A stretch of 51,691 bases of DNA, the filler included, from Catajapyx aquilonaris (Eukaryota): the NCBI GenBank assembly GCA_000934665.2. It is 2 parts of 2 records of this genome, joined end to end, with 100 filler letters (N's around TTAATTAATTAA, not from the genome) between each part and the next. Parts side by side here need not be neighbours in the genome. Positions count along the whole stretch, not along the records: positions 25,897 to 51,691 come from JYFJ02005301.1; 1 more part is not named here. One strand, given 5' to 3'. Position numbers and translations under genes: made by a program. The notes under the pieces are model-generated. The model saw only the letters and a list, made by a program, of their open reading frames with translations. It did no database searches and was not told where the DNA came from. Shown here piece by piece: positions 37,276 through 51,691 of this stretch (positions are counted from its first letter, which is position 1; each line of letters starts with the position of its first letter).

Positions 37276-37319
37276 GTGTTGACGTGTGTACTCTTTTTGG
37301 AGTGCTACCAAACACACTG
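37276..37319 (+). repeat. 44-bp dispersed direct repeat, copy 2
   Basis: One mismatch to 35793-35836. Confidence 0.9.
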
Positions 37320-40300
37320 TGAGTGTGCTTTTACGCAGAATTAATTAAAGAAGCCGACCACATCAAAAGTACTAGTGCCATTATTCCACAGGCTACCGAT
37401 ATACCGATATACCATATATAGATATATTCTCGGAATCATCGTTATACTGATCACACATACTGGCCGAAACATAATCATCCATTGCCTCGGATTGATTATT
37501 GCTGTGTTAAACTCATAATCCCGTGTTATCCTAAGTTTTCGTAGGCTTGTTGCCGGGCACTCTGAAGTAGCTCTGAAGTACTGTAAGTACATCAGAGGAC
37601 ATTTTTACTCATGCACACTGGCTCCCTTCTCGCAGAGGCAGCAACTCTCGGTGCAATGCTATCCTTTCCTTATTCAGGACTTTATCAAGCAAGTATCTAC
37701 TACATCTATACCATTGCCAGCAGTACATGACTGTATATCACGCACATAACTCAACACGTATTAAGTCAAGCCCATTCGTAGAAGACACTCACGCATGTGG
37801 CAATACAGGCGACAGTATCATGTGGGCCACAGAGGTGGGGCACCAAGACCCTATTTATGTCGCAGCCAGTCGTAGTATTGCAATTTTTAGCTACATGCAG
37901 ACCGAGTGAACACGAAATTTATTAATGCTTCAAACCTCCAGTCAAACAACTACTGATACCAAGAGCTAATTATTAGCTCTTGCTGATACTAGACACATTT
38001 TTAAATGTATAGATCGCTCACGGAATATTTAAATATATTAATATTTATATGCCGAGTAACCTAATTATTCTGTGTTCTTGTGACAATACAGCGATGTGGG
38101 GACAGATCGCTGCTGGCTGCTCCTGAGCATTAAAAGGCAGAAAAGCAGGCTGACCAAATCGTGATTATAGGTGCAACTCGGTGCAACTACTGCATTTCAA
38201 CTTGGACGCCAAGAACCTGTACAGCTATACTGTAACAAACATAGCTACTATATACTTGGAACGGACGTTGACTTAACTTCTACTTGACATGCGCGTGTAT
38301 CCAAAGTACTGTGTGACGTATAGATAAAAATGACACTAACAGTAAGAGGTCCCGGAAGGAAACCCCGGGAATGAGGATTTGGGCCACAAACGGTACCCAA
38401 CTCCGCAAATAACGAATAAAACGAGTAACCGAAACTGACCTAAAAACAGTGCAGAAGATGAGATAAATGCGAAACGGAGGGGTGGTCGTCACCCGGTCGG
38501 TCATGATGGTGATTGCTAGAAATTGTTGATATATTAGCCAGTTAAAGTTGATTGGCACCTGATAGGCTGATACGAATAAGGCTCTGGCATAATATCTCCA
38601 TCCAGTCACCAGAGAGTGTGAAAATCGCAAGTGATGCGTGGTGTACTCAATTATTATGCAAGTACCAAGTCCAAGGAGATGCTGCAACAGTGGCCGGGAA
38701 GACTATAATCTGATCTCATAAGACCCCGCAGGCTTCACTGTATTATCAAACGCGGAACCCATTTTTGAAACTTTCGCCCCTCTACGAATCCTTTCAACTA
38801 CCTGCACAATGTGACTATTCTCAATTAAAATCTGGAAAAGACGTCACGTAAATTGACAATGATAAGTGCCCTCTTTATAGTCTTTAGTCCCTCAGCCCAA
38901 GACTGAGCCTCTATGAGTTTGGGTGCAGGCAACAATCTTATTCCATCACAGCAAGGGTAACCTGGAACTTATGCAAAGCTCAAGATATACCGTACCGGTA
39001 AAGGAGGAATAATATTGACCCTGTTATTTTATCAGAACAATCACGCCGGATGTTCAGTCTGCAAAAGACTCCTGCAATAAATTATTCTATAGGATGAACA
39101 TTACATTAACGTCACGCCGTAACATTTTCAGCTCTTCTATAGAATAATTATTTATTGTGGTGAGGAGCGTCCCGGAATAACGGATAAACTGGACAGGACG
39201 GCCGGAAGCCATGCTAATCAGCACATCATTGTGTTTTCGTTTGGCTACAAGCAAGTATGACCTCCCAAGACTCCACTCATTGAGTTCTGTTTTCCATGCC
39301 CACACAATACAGCATTTTCTTAACAATCACAAGATCCTAAAAATCCAAACCAGCTACAATATAAGGCTATATATTTTGTGAAATAACGCCCGAGAGAACA
39401 CTAAAAGCCTATCCCCAGCACCTGGACCAGAATGTTATTACACGTATTAAGAATTATTGTGCCACAAGGCGACAAGTCTTTCACTGCGTTTGAAAGCAGC
39501 TCAATCATGATCATTCGAATCATGATGTCATGGATCCTCATATATAGGCAGAATATAATTACATCAGCAGAATAACGTACGACAACACCCAAGACAACAC
39601 CGTACGGAGTAGACAGAGTGATGCACTGCCAAACGTTCCATGCCAATAATGGGAGACTTGTTAAGAAGTCTGTAAGATCGCCCAGAGAAGCAACCATACC
39701 CCAACTATAGATTGGGAGAAGGAACCAGGTTGGAGTTCAACAATCACACCACCCTCCACCCCTAGTGATTGTTGGATCTCTTCGCAATGGATGCTATAGG
39801 ATGCCACATCGTCTCCCTCCCCTGATTTCTCTTTAGTGTATCCTTGGACACAGAGGATGTGTCAGGGTCTTCATGTTTCCCTCATCACTCCTTATCGCAA
39901 GGGTCAGAATCGAACCAGTTATAGGTATTTATAAGAGGAGGACGTGCCGAACTATATAATGAGTGTTCGTCACTACATACGCGACGGTCGCCTGCAAGCT
40001 GCTCACTCTATTGTCCAGCCAAATAGTATCACTTCCAGCGAGTGAATACTTTATGAAACAGATAGGTCATTTGACACTGTCACAAGTGCTCCTCTATTTG
40101 GTTGGCAAATCAGACCAGCAATATCACTATTGAATACACATCCGTGACAATGATGGCATCCATTGGAAACGTGTTGCTTCGCCAGTCTTTAACCTGCTTC
40201 ATACAAAGGCAGGCTTGCCATGTATACAGTAGTTGTTCAGTGAAAATAACATAACTACTTCTATAGCAGGATTTTCGCAATAGGAAGCGCGGAATAAAGT

Positions 40301-40376
40301 TCACACCCTTGTACAGTATATACGTATCTATAATCTAATGTCGTATAATCTATAGGGACAGATATGGACAAATATC

Positions 40377-40377
<1 letters not shown>

Positions 40378-40454
<77 letters not shown>
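40378..40454. repeat. (ATT)n microsatellite
   Basis: Directly visible. Confidence 0.97.
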
Positions 40455-40456
<2 letters not shown>

Positions 40457-40773
40457 CCACTTAGGGAGCTACTTACTCCTAATATCGTATTATACTGTAG
40501 TCTGCATATTTTTTCAAGACCTCTGCGCCTGTCTGACCCATTCGAGTGTGAAGGACGCGACACCATGAACATTGTTATGGAGAGGTGTAATTGGGGGCGT
40601 GACACAGTCAAGTATCGAGATTATTACACCTGAACAAACACCAAGTTATTTACTGGGTGTCTGCTCTGCATCTAAAAAACGTATATACGATATATTGGCT
40701 TGTAATCATGAAATATTATCATTGTCCCAAAGTACCCTACCTCATGTCCCAATTTGCCCACCAACGTAATTTC

Positions 40774-40836
40774 TAACAACCTTATGCAACGTGTCCCAAT
40801 GTGCCCCACATTGGGACACGTTGCATCAGGTTGTTA
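40774..40836. repeat. 63-nt near-perfect hairpin
   Basis: 30-bp arms (40774-40803 and 40807-40836), 1 mismatch, CCC loop. Confidence 0.9.
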
Positions 40837-41818
40837 TACTTGCTAGAATTTGACTGATATTTTCCAAAGACTCTGTGAGCTTTGTGACACTTATTAGGTG
40901 AATAGGATACGTGTCACTAGTGCGGAGTGAAGGGTAGTCGGAATAACCAATGTATTGACCGAGAATAACCAGTACAAAGTGATTCAAGGGGAGAATAGGC
41001 GTGGGTGATGGAGGTATATACGAGAGGAGAGGAAGAAGACAGGTGTAAACTGGAGGCGGGGACTCAAATTCAGACTCCCTAAAAAGAGCAAGAGAAAGCC
41101 GGAGGATAATATGCTACATAGATAATAATTATTATTGTTTCAGGAGACGACCACCATCGGATAATGATGATGATCAGAAGGATGAAGTCAGCTCCAACCA
41201 ACGACCTGCAGAGGGATACTCCCACGTGTGTTTCAGGAACTGGTATGAACAGGGCGGACGGACGGAAGATCATGGGACTATACCCAGGATCAGCTATGCT
41301 CGAAATCCTCGATTGGAACATAATGATATGTGATCGAAAACGATTAAATGAGGCAACGTACCTGGGTCTGGATGCTCATCACGGTTTCGATCAACCAACG
41401 TCTAATGTTCTGAGTCGCACACATATTCAGCAGGGATTAGGCTAATTTCTGTCTCCACCCACAGAATAGATTAGGTTCAGACGAACGTCTCTGTCGCAAT
41501 CTTTGGGCTGTTGCGGTTGGGATGAACCAACGACAAGGAAGAAATCAAAAATTACCAAAACCCAGCTTGTCAAGCCAACGCAAATGAAATCGCAGCTCAC
41601 CGGAATCTAAAATGTTATTGTTGAGTCGAGGTTCATCACAATGTCACTCCCACCATTCATCAACCCGAATCACGACTCTCCGAAATTAAATACGACATAA
41701 AAATGACATAAAAACGACATTTATTTCGAGTAGGAATATCGTATAAGGAACACATGTCTGAAAGTAAGTGCTTATTCCTGACTATGGTCGAATAAAATCA
41801 TGTCATCCGGCTACCTGC

Positions 41819-41925
<107 letters not shown>

Positions 41926-44900
41926 TCATCCCCATGTCATCCCCTCTCCTTCTACGTGACCCAAGCTCTGTGCTACTATCCGATTCCTTGCAAGCAACTA
42001 CGGATAACAAATTGAGGCTTTAGGAGCGGCTCCATAAGTTTTCCTTGACGACACCGACAACGCCCTATTGCGACAGCGTAGGCCTACTGAAGGAAATACT
42101 CTAACAACAGTGGGCCTACTACGCCAGAAAGGTTATGGCACGGAAGCGTTAAGACGTGCGCAGACTCAGAAGATCTTATCCGATCGAGAGTTAATCGAAA
42201 ACAAGCGGCTGATCCTTGTCATTTGTCGATTGGAATCCTGTCACTGAAGAAAGGACAACTTGTTACTGATTTATTATTGTTTGCTCAATGAAACCCTTCA
42301 GACGCATTACTGGAAGACTGGCTATGACCCCACGACGTCTGCTGCTTCTAGTTCATGTAGAATAAAACACATCAAATTAGTCACCATGGAGTCAGGTGGC
42401 GACTCTTTTCAACTGCTCATGAGCCTACAAACTTTCCAGCAGTATGACAATTTCTGGCCGGCATCAAGTTCACCAGACACGACTTCAAAGTGTTCTGTTG
42501 TTTACTGGCAGGGTATTAAACATTAGGTACATAAAGGAAAAGGGCTCCGGCACTATAACACCTTCGACAATGGCCGAAGAAATGAAACGGGATTTCTTAT
42601 AATCAATCCCGTTTCATCTCTTCGGTGAATAATAATTACGATACTAATCACTCCAGACTGTGTCCATGATAATAGGCCTACATCATGTTTTACCCCCACG
42701 GCTATTGATACACCAAGTACGCTTGCGATAAAAAAAAAATCGCTAAAACCCAACCATCGTGCCACAAGACACCGGGGCCGCACGACGTCTCCAGACGCTG
42801 GGCTACAAGCCCCTCCTAAGGCAATACCTTACCTTCGACGACCTCCAGTGCAATGGGGGAAGAGCCCCCCCAAAACCACAAGTGACCTCAATCAAGTCCT
42901 AGCTCAGAATGTCTTTATTTGGGCTGGGGGCAACCACAGGGTTTGTCACCACGAGTTAGGAAAAGACACTTGGTCTGGCAGCGCAATAAAATATATTAGA
43001 ATGAAGTTCTGATTGCCAGTTTCATCCTGTTCTGAGCTGCCAGTTTAGAGATAACATAACTACACTGCAAATCATGTGCTGGCTATGTGCTGACTCCGAG
43101 GCAGCCCAAAAGTGCTTTTTTTGTGCCGTCTGTTGTGCTGGCTATTGCGCTGACTCTGGTGTCAGCACAGAATCAGAGTCAGCACAGGATACCTACTCCT
43201 CCTCCCTCCCCCCTCCTCCTGCCCCCACCTGCCCCTGCCCCTTCTCCGCCTCCCCCCACCGACTGTCTTTGACTCGTCCTCGCTACAGAAACTACTACCT
43301 TTTAGACTCACGCTAATAAGAACATTGCCCTTTCGGCAACTTTCACATATCCAACTAACTATCGGACCAAACTCATACAGAAGACGTCGCAATTGACCAA
43401 TTAACCAATCCATCGAGAGCCTCGTTTCCATGTGGCTTCAGCTAAGACAATAGACAAGACAAAGGTGTATAGGTATTCAACAAAGGTCGGCAGGGCACAC
43501 AACTCGAGAGAATAAAAGAAAGCGGACAGAAAATGCAACTGTCGACGAATCACTCTGAAAACTTATGACTAAGATATTATATTGCACCAAATAATGAGAT
43601 ATAATTCTTGTGTCAGGCTATACCAGCTACATAATACTTTTTTTCCAGGCCAATAATACAGAAGTCTTTGCTCTCCTGTGACAGAAAGAAGAACACTGAT
43701 ATGTTTTCAAGTTGCAATAAACTTCCTGCAACTTCACACCAGGAGTGTGTGTGTATATATGTGTATTTGTTGGATTGGGTGAAAGACACACACTTAGCGT
43801 TAGCAAAGTACGCATGACGCCTGCTGTCAACACCCAGGACTGACTGCTCTCACAGTCTGCTGCTTTGGATCATCCTAAATCGGAAGGATCACCCCCAGTG
43901 GACTACTGTGATCCGCTCTGGACAGGCTCTGGGAAACAAATCAAACAGTGTAGTGAGGGTACAGACAATGACAGAGGTACAGACGATGTTTTATCATCAC
44001 TCCAGCACAATCAGTGACTTACCAGAAAGCACGACAGGCTGCACACAAGCCGCAAAGATTCCTCTGATTGAGTCTGCTGGATTATTCAGTTCATCTACGA
44101 GGCATGTGGATATCAGTCGAATTAGCCTATATATAGTTTTAAGAAGACGAAATCGTGCTTCATTGGTGCTGCATTCAGTTGTGAATTAATGCGACCAATA
44201 CAATATTTGTGGGTCACAATAATTCCAGTCGCCCGTTCCTCACCAGTGACCGACGACCTTCACCATGCATTTCGAAGAAATCGTCGGACTGCTCAGACCT
44301 AAGGAACCACGTCTCATGAGAACGTCCGACTCACAAAACTTACACATTTGACCGATAAAATAGGTGCCATCCGCACACGCTCTCCCCCACCATGGTCTTC
44401 CATACTTTTCATCAGATTGCTGAGCATCATGCTTTAAACCAAACCTGCAGTAATTCTACAGCTATAATATGATTTTCTCGCTTCAACTATGTTCAAAAAT
44501 TATTATAGGAAACACTTCCTTCACTCATTATCTTCCCTACAAATATGGATGCGACCGATGGATAATGGAGCACAAAAGGCAAACCAGAACATCAGATGAC
44601 ACCACTGTACTTATCACAAAATAATATTAATCAGTGCTGAGATCACACCAGAGTCATGTTTGTCATCCTCCTCGCTGGCTTGTTAAATTATTTTATTAAA
44701 TTTTGCAGGCTTCATTTTAATAGCCCTTATCCAACAGCCACCTATGACATAGAGCCCGAAATTCGACCTACAGGACCACTAAAAAGTGTCCAGTCTATCA
44801 CCGAGTCTGACCTTCCACCTACAGTACCACCAAAAACTAGTCAGAAAGTGCAGATGTGGCCTGATTCGCAACCAGCAAAATTACGAGAGTCTGATTGCTT

Positions 44901-46729
44901 GTTTGGTTTGTTCCAGCATGAAAAGGTGTCCCAATGTCAGACTTGTTATTTGTGGGCCATCCAATGCAACAAGTCTCTTCCGCCCATTTATGACACTTGG
45001 TGGTCGCCAACAGTGTGACAAAAGAGACCTAGAGAGAAACAGAGAGATCTACCTACTGGCAGATCAATTGTTGCTGTGTGTAGGCCCTATTGTATATGTG
45101 AGGCGACTCTGAACCCGCAAGGTTCTCTGCGGATGAGCGCCGAAGACAGAGCCGGACCTATAACAGATGGACCTGTCAAAATCAGCTTGCTGGTGCTCAA
45201 AAATAACACATCATTATTTTCTTCTCGTTCAAATCTCAAGGTTGCGGTCTAGTCGGTTGAGCTACGACCATGCACTGATTGTCCACCGCGACACAGAAAG
45301 AGAAGGAATCAGTGGAATTCGCTTGTCATCCACGCATCATGGAAGCCGCCAAGGTAGCAGATAGAACACCCCCAGCGACTCCTGAAAACTCTGCCTTTCC
45401 GAGTTGCCCATAACGGCATCCTTGTCGCAGACCACTTCTATATTATGAGTATTACACGAGTAATATTCTTGACGACTGCTTCTGTAGCGAAAACAACATT
45501 GGTAATCCCTTCGGCATACCGCCGTACTCTTCCCTCTCACACTTCCGCACCACCAGCAGTGTGCTTCTGCATGAAAGATGCAACTATAGAGTGACAATTG
45601 GTGTATCATCATCATTATCATCAGACAGGTACAGTGACGCATGTCTACGTCATACTCTTGCAATCATTGAGAATGAAAGTGCCCCATATGTCCACCACAG
45701 CATGATGATATGCCACCAGAGAGACGTCGATCGTCAGGCGTCCCTTGTAGCCACGTCTTCAACATATCATGATGATTAAAAGGTACGAGTCATCACAATC
45801 ATGTACTGTATTTTGTACTCTACGAACTTCATGTGCAGGGCCCCAATAATATTAACACAAATTGAGAAATACCCAGGACACTATTCTTGACAGGATCCAA
45901 CCTGAACAGAAACAATATTATTAATTATTGAACTGTTGGATGAGGAGCGCGGAGGGCAAAGAACTGGAAATATTAAGTAAGTGTGCCAAAGTTTCTTCCG
46001 ACAAATTAATATATTGGACACACAGCACAAGTAGTAGCTAGCATAACAAAGTAGGCTAGATGTCAGACATCGCAGTCTGTCTTGTAGAAGAGTAATTCAT
46101 CACACCAGCTCCGTATTATACTGGGCGCCACATTACTGATTACATTTACTAATCACGCAGTACAACCTGATCACGCCAGTGCAACATGATTATTAGTCGA
46201 GTGGGAAGGAAACAAAGCAATGTACAGGGGGGAATGGAAACTTCTGCAATGATCGGTCGAGACCAAAGACGACAATGGCACCGATGTAAGTCACTCATGG
46301 TCGAAGAGTATAGTCAAAATGAACAGCCATCCCGCATCCTGACTCGAGCACAAAACATCCCGTAGCAGATTCTGTGTTTGCACTCTACAAGTTTCAGAAC
46401 CAATATTCAGAGACAGTAAACTGTAATGCGAGGCTTACTATACTATTTATAAATAGGTATATACAAGTATATAGATTTTCATCCGAATTCCACTACTTCA
46501 CAAACCATATTTTGCAAGACATGCGACGCATTTCTTTCAATAGTGGAGAGCACTCTATAATTATTTCACAATGCAATCGAGGTGAAGCTCTCCGTGACCT
46601 TATGAAAGTGACGACGACGACTTCTGAACCCTAGTTTTTGTCGACCTGGTGTCACGTAATGCCCGCCATCAATCGCAGTACTGCTCAAACTGGATGCGGG
46701 TCTGGGTGCAGAATACTTATACCTATATA

Positions 46730-47327
46730 GGGGGCGGATAGTTATGTTTTTGCATAGTTTTTTCCTCTGTCTGCACGAGGGCGTGATTTGTACGAAAATC
46801 CTAATCATGACATCAGGAGTCCAAGAAAGTGCGGGTCTTATTTTGCATATAAAAGAGAATATTTCACGGTTTTTTACATCGTCAATCCTGTTATCCACCT
46901 TTTTCTGTATTTTATCTATTACGTTGCAAACCTTGGGACAATAGCTTACCTTTTTGAAACGCACCAATAACGACATGTGGTGTGGAGCGGTCATTTTCAA
47001 TACTCAAGGCCACTCTGAGTGAGACAAGGCAGCGAATAACTGAATCCAATTTGGGAAAAAATTATTGTCTCTCATTGTCACTTCATTAGTGAAACTGAAG
47101 ACAATTGATGAAAATGATCAAGATGTGTAAGAAATAAACCTCTTGTGTGAGAAAAAGCCTCAAGTCCATGGCACATAATTTGCATGTACTTATTTTTCAG
47201 GGTAACGCAAGAATAAATCGCGAATTAAATGCAAGTTTTAGAGAATATTTGAGAGAATATTTCGCTATTTTGGGGGAATATTTGCATACATATTTCGACC
47301 TTTTTAAGAGCATAACTATCCGCCCCC
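46730..47327. mobile_element. 598-bp non-autonomous DNA transposon (MITE), 17-bp TIRs, TA target-site duplication
   Basis: TA|GGGGGCGGATAGTTATG ... CATAACTATCCGCCCCC|TA form perfect inverted termini around an AT-rich non-coding interior. Confidence 0.75.
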
Positions 47328-47793
47328 TAGTCTACAATTACAAATGAACCCAAATCAAGCCAGCTGGGCGATTACACAGGCGGTGCCATGGAACAGCGCA
47401 CTATGGGAAAAAGAACCAGAAACATTGGGCCTAAAGAAGAAAATAGACGTCCATTACGTCCAGGGAACTATTGCCCAACACCTTCTTCCGGAAGGAGTTT
47501 CCACTAAGAGGATCCCACCTCTACAACCGCTGTTGTCACCGAACCGGACAACGTCAATGATGACCTCCCAGAAAGGATTACCGCTAGACGGATTTGGTCT
47601 ATGGTCTCGTTGACGCCGCGGACCAATCATGTACTCTTGACTTAGGCTGCAACTGTGTGCCGTACGCCAAAGGCAGCAATGTACCTGACCTGCAACGTTC
47701 CAGTCAGACCTTGCTGCGTCAAGCACATGATAAATGAACAATGATTGCTACAGAGTAAAACTGGAAATGTAGGCTTTACTCGTCAGCGAAAGG

Positions 47794-47794
<1 letters not shown>

Positions 47795-47872
<78 letters not shown>
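47795..47872. repeat. (ATT)n microsatellite
   Basis: Directly visible. Confidence 0.97.
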
Positions 47873-48647
47873 GCCTAATATACATGCGACGTCGCGTTGT
47901 ATACGTTATTAGGCATACCATACACTCACCATTCCAAATGCAGCTAAACTTTGCAAGTATACCGCGTAGAACACTGAGCCAGAAATGACACCCATCGGGT
48001 CGCGCAGAGATTGAAGACCATCCAAATCCACCGGCAACCTACGCCCGTCTATTTGGAACAGTGTCTTGTGATTTCTCACTATTTTCTTCTCCCCACCATC
48101 TTGGTTTGTCGCCCGTGGAGGCTGACAACAATACAGGCTTGGGAACAACGCAGATGGCTGGATCAGGCCAATAATAACAAACACCAAGGGCAATTTCAAC
48201 GACGCCAGTGATGAAAATAGTGTATAGCCGCATTATTCTTCTAGTTTCGCTTGATTGCGAAAGAGTCAAAGAAATTGATGCTACCTGGCTACTATAAAAC
48301 ATACAAAAATGTGACTAGAGGATGAGACATATAATTATGATTCACTCATGCAGAGACGTGATGATAGACAGACGAAAAGAAAATGGTCATCAAAAATAAA
48401 TATCATTCCCACGATCCCACCATCTAAAAAGAATCATAATGTGATTTCGATTGCTATTGAAAGGGAGCACATGCTTGTGACATCTGCAACAACAATGAAA
48501 CCTATAGTGTTACTAACTTATCAAATTTTTTTTCGTCTTTGTAGTTTTACTGCCAGGGAGGGAGTTTTCATCAGGCAATATGGGCAACTGACTGGATTAA
48601 TATTGCTCTTATCGCCGTTATCGATATTGTTGGCCTACTTCGCTAAC

Positions 48648-48680
<33 letters not shown>

Positions 48681-48681
48681 C

Positions 48682-48716
<35 letters not shown>
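48648..48716. repeat. (TAG)n microsatellite with one CAG interruption
   Basis: Directly visible. Confidence 0.97.
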
Positions 48717-50222
48717 CTTGAACTGAGTTATGGATTGCTTGCCGTGATGCATGTGATATATTAGTCTTCTTAAAATACGTATAACTCTCAGCCTGTAACG
48801 GTGACAATGATGACATGTAATAACAAAATGCGACAAAATGTCTCCCTTTAGAAAAATGCGAAAGAGAGCCAGACTTGCCAAAGAGTTAACTAGTGATAGT
48901 AGCGAACGCCGATGTGGAGAGGACTGGAGACCCCATCATCCATTAGCACAGCACGATGCGTAAACAAAAAATACTATTCTTCGTGTCTTTCCAAGAGGAC
49001 GGATGCAACCGATGAACGATGGACAAGCAGGAGAACAGACAGCGTCGAGGACCACCAGTAATCATCTGAGGTGATCAACACTATACTCTTAGTATTATAA
49101 TATAGTGAGACACTCTTCATTAGATTACACTTCTTACCCTCTACAGACTGCATGGAGCGACTCGATGACCTACTCCCTGATGAAGAGCCGCCACTTCTCA
49201 GTCCAACCATGAAAGACATGTTCGTGGACACACACAATTGACACCAAATTATCTACGTATTATACTAAAGTCTCCTTCCTATATACAGTCTGTTTCTAAT
49301 AGTTGTTTTTTTCATTCCTTGTCTCTACATACCCCTGGTTGACCAGGAGAACATCAAAATGAAATCGACAATCAAATGCCGACAACATTACAGAGGCGCT
49401 TAGTCTCTTCGTTTCATTATCGCCACTGCAATGCTCTATGGGCCACAACAATGGTCGTGCCACTTACAGGTCACCGAGTAAACTGGGACAAAAGCAGAAT
49501 AATATTATAATTATTATATAGGCTACGACGAGGCCCACTGTTTGACTGCAACTAAAGAATGTTACGCTGACGTAACAATTAAAATATATATACTGACGTC
49601 AGTGCCATCATCTGGTTCGACAAACAATAGCCTTATTCTGAAGGCATAATGAGCATTTCATTTTATATCAACTCTGAACTCTGCAGAAACTCCGTCGTCA
49701 CCAAACATGGCGCACCGACATGACTGTAATGACACATAATGACACCGGCCATGGCCAAGTAAAAAAGTGCCAAACTTGGCACGGAATGCCTCATAATATT
49801 CGTATAATGTGCAATATACACACGTTACGTAACTTACAATAACAATGTACGGCAGAGCTGGATAAGGGATGTATACTCAAGTGCTACATCTTTGCTCTGG
49901 ACCTTCTCGAAACCAGTTGTTAGTACTTGGTATGCCGATGACATTGCATCTACACTGTAAGTACATAAGACAGAATCTCTGTGACGCGTAAAACCATTTC
50001 ATGCATGGTGCTATGAGGTTTCCAAAGGTTGCAGCCATACTAATGTCATAGTACAGTGCTGGTATACTTCCGCAGGAAGAGGGAGACTATACGCAGCAAA
50101 GAGGCCGAAAGTACAGGAATAGCGACGACTCAGGCGCGTTTGGGGACAGGCGAGTTGTTCGATAAACTGTGACTCCATCTATACATCTGCTATACACACA
50201 AACATCATCCCCACACACAGTC

Positions 50223-50225
<3 letters not shown>

Positions 50226-50303
<78 letters not shown>
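50226..50303. repeat. (ATT)n microsatellite
   Basis: Directly visible. Confidence 0.97.
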
Positions 50304-50306
<3 letters not shown>

Positions 50307-51505
50307 GCTGCCTTTGCTTGCCCATAGGAAATGTCGTGGAAATGGTCCTGCTATGAGTTTATGAGAAGCATGCACACCATCCCATCATTGCTGAACATTT
50401 TCTGGTAGCATTACTACACTGGAACGCTAGCCACGCCTATTTTCTTACAAACAATTTTAAGTTCCTTGTCATTAGCAATAGTACCGGTACTCATCAAAAG
50501 AGTCTACTCGAGTTACAAACACATTAAGAATGGCCTGGAGAAGGAGAGAGCGAGAGGAGTGAATATAGAGAAGGAAAACTAAGTGAAGAACTATGTAAGT
50601 GACTGATTATCCAGGGGAGAATGTAACATTACTAGGACGCTATCTCTTTTATTTGATTCACTCGATCATTTGATTGCGAGATCACTGATGTCGTGATTCC
50701 ACCCCCTCATTATTAACATTCCCAAACTGGAACTACACAACTCATTATAGGTGAGTGGTGATCAATCGCCGTAGGAGTCCGGGCCATGTCATGCGGATCT
50801 AATCACTGGCAGCTGTCTCCCAGCAGTGTCCCAGCAGACAAGCACATAGAGTCAATCCCAGAAGGCGACGAATGTTGACAGATACTATCCCGTCACTCGA
50901 GTCACATATGCAGCTAGAACATGCGACTCCGCGGCAGAAAGGGTGAAAAAAAACCTAGTCTAAGGCCCGGGTGCTCGAAAAATTATTGCATGTCGCACCG
51001 TGAGTTGACAAGAGGCCATAATTATATATCATGGCCGCTCCAGCATATTCAAGGCTTTCTCCAGCAGACTCTACCGCTGAAGTTCCATATACTTATATGA
51101 TACTGCCAGCGCGTTTCAAATCGGTTTTACTGACAGTTCGAGGAAAGAGCTTGAAGCGTTATTCCGTGGTGATTCCGACCTGATTGGGACGTATCAGAAA
51201 CTTTCTGCCGCGTAATGGTGCGCACATTGCACAAGACAGCATTGCATATTATTTTTATATCAATGGTCTCAGCAAAAATTAACCGTCATGAAAATTGGCT
51301 CATGGGTCCAGTTGCAGTAATCCAACGAACAATATTGTTGACCTCATCAGTCACACTGAAGTGACTTTTTATGACCATGACTTTTTATAAACATATATGC
51401 CGTTGCAATTATTCAGACGCTACTAATTTTGAACCGGATAGTAATGGCCATTGTCAGGTATAGTCCAGGTGCTAAGGGACAAATTTGACCCAAACTTTGC
51501 ATTTT

Positions 51506-51691
51506 GTGACAAAAGTATGAAACTCGGTACACTTGTCCTTTGGACACTTCTGATCATATCTGGACGTGGAGCCACGATGACCCACCCCGGTGGCGGTCCA
51601 TTTCGCAGGGTTGCCATAACTACCAGATGCAGCATCCTTTTAGGACCTTGTATTGGGTGACAAAAACATGAAACTCGCCACAATTGGTCTT
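51506..51691 (+). repeat. Diverged direct repeat with 151-bp spacing, probably internal to a repeat element running off the window
   Basis: gtgacaaaagtatgaaactcggtacacttgtcct (51506) resembles gtgacaaaaacatgaaactcgccacaattggtct (51657). Confidence 0.55.

Noticed and set aside
48998..49241. Two plus-strand exon-like pieces ending CMERLDDLLPDEEPPLLSPTMKDMFVDTHN-stop
   Set aside because: The upstream piece has stops in the compatible frame and I recognise no homology.

Overview
Animal genomic DNA made of two roughly 25.8-kb pieces joined at the exact centre by an artificial 100-bp spacer (N44-TTAATTAATTAA-N44, 25797-25896), so the halves are probably not contiguous. Left half: the 5' part of a minus-strand class B1 (secretin-family) GPCR of the calcitonin/DH31-receptor type, running off the left edge after TM1. 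Reading splice sites by hand gives seven coding exons, four of them absent from the ORF track. They encode TWO complete six-cysteine hormone-binding domains (HBDs), each split over three exons with matching intron phases: HBD1 at 14634-7081 (with a GC-AG intron) and HBD2 at 6975-1429. The gene therefore makes either a tandem-ectodomain receptor or one 7TM core with swappable ectodomains. The rest of the left half is intron or upstream DNA with palindromes and MITE-like elements. Right half: no recognisable gene; long trinucleotide microsatellites, hairpins, a 26-bp minisatellite and a TA-flanked MITE. No rRNA, tRNA or CRISPR array seen.
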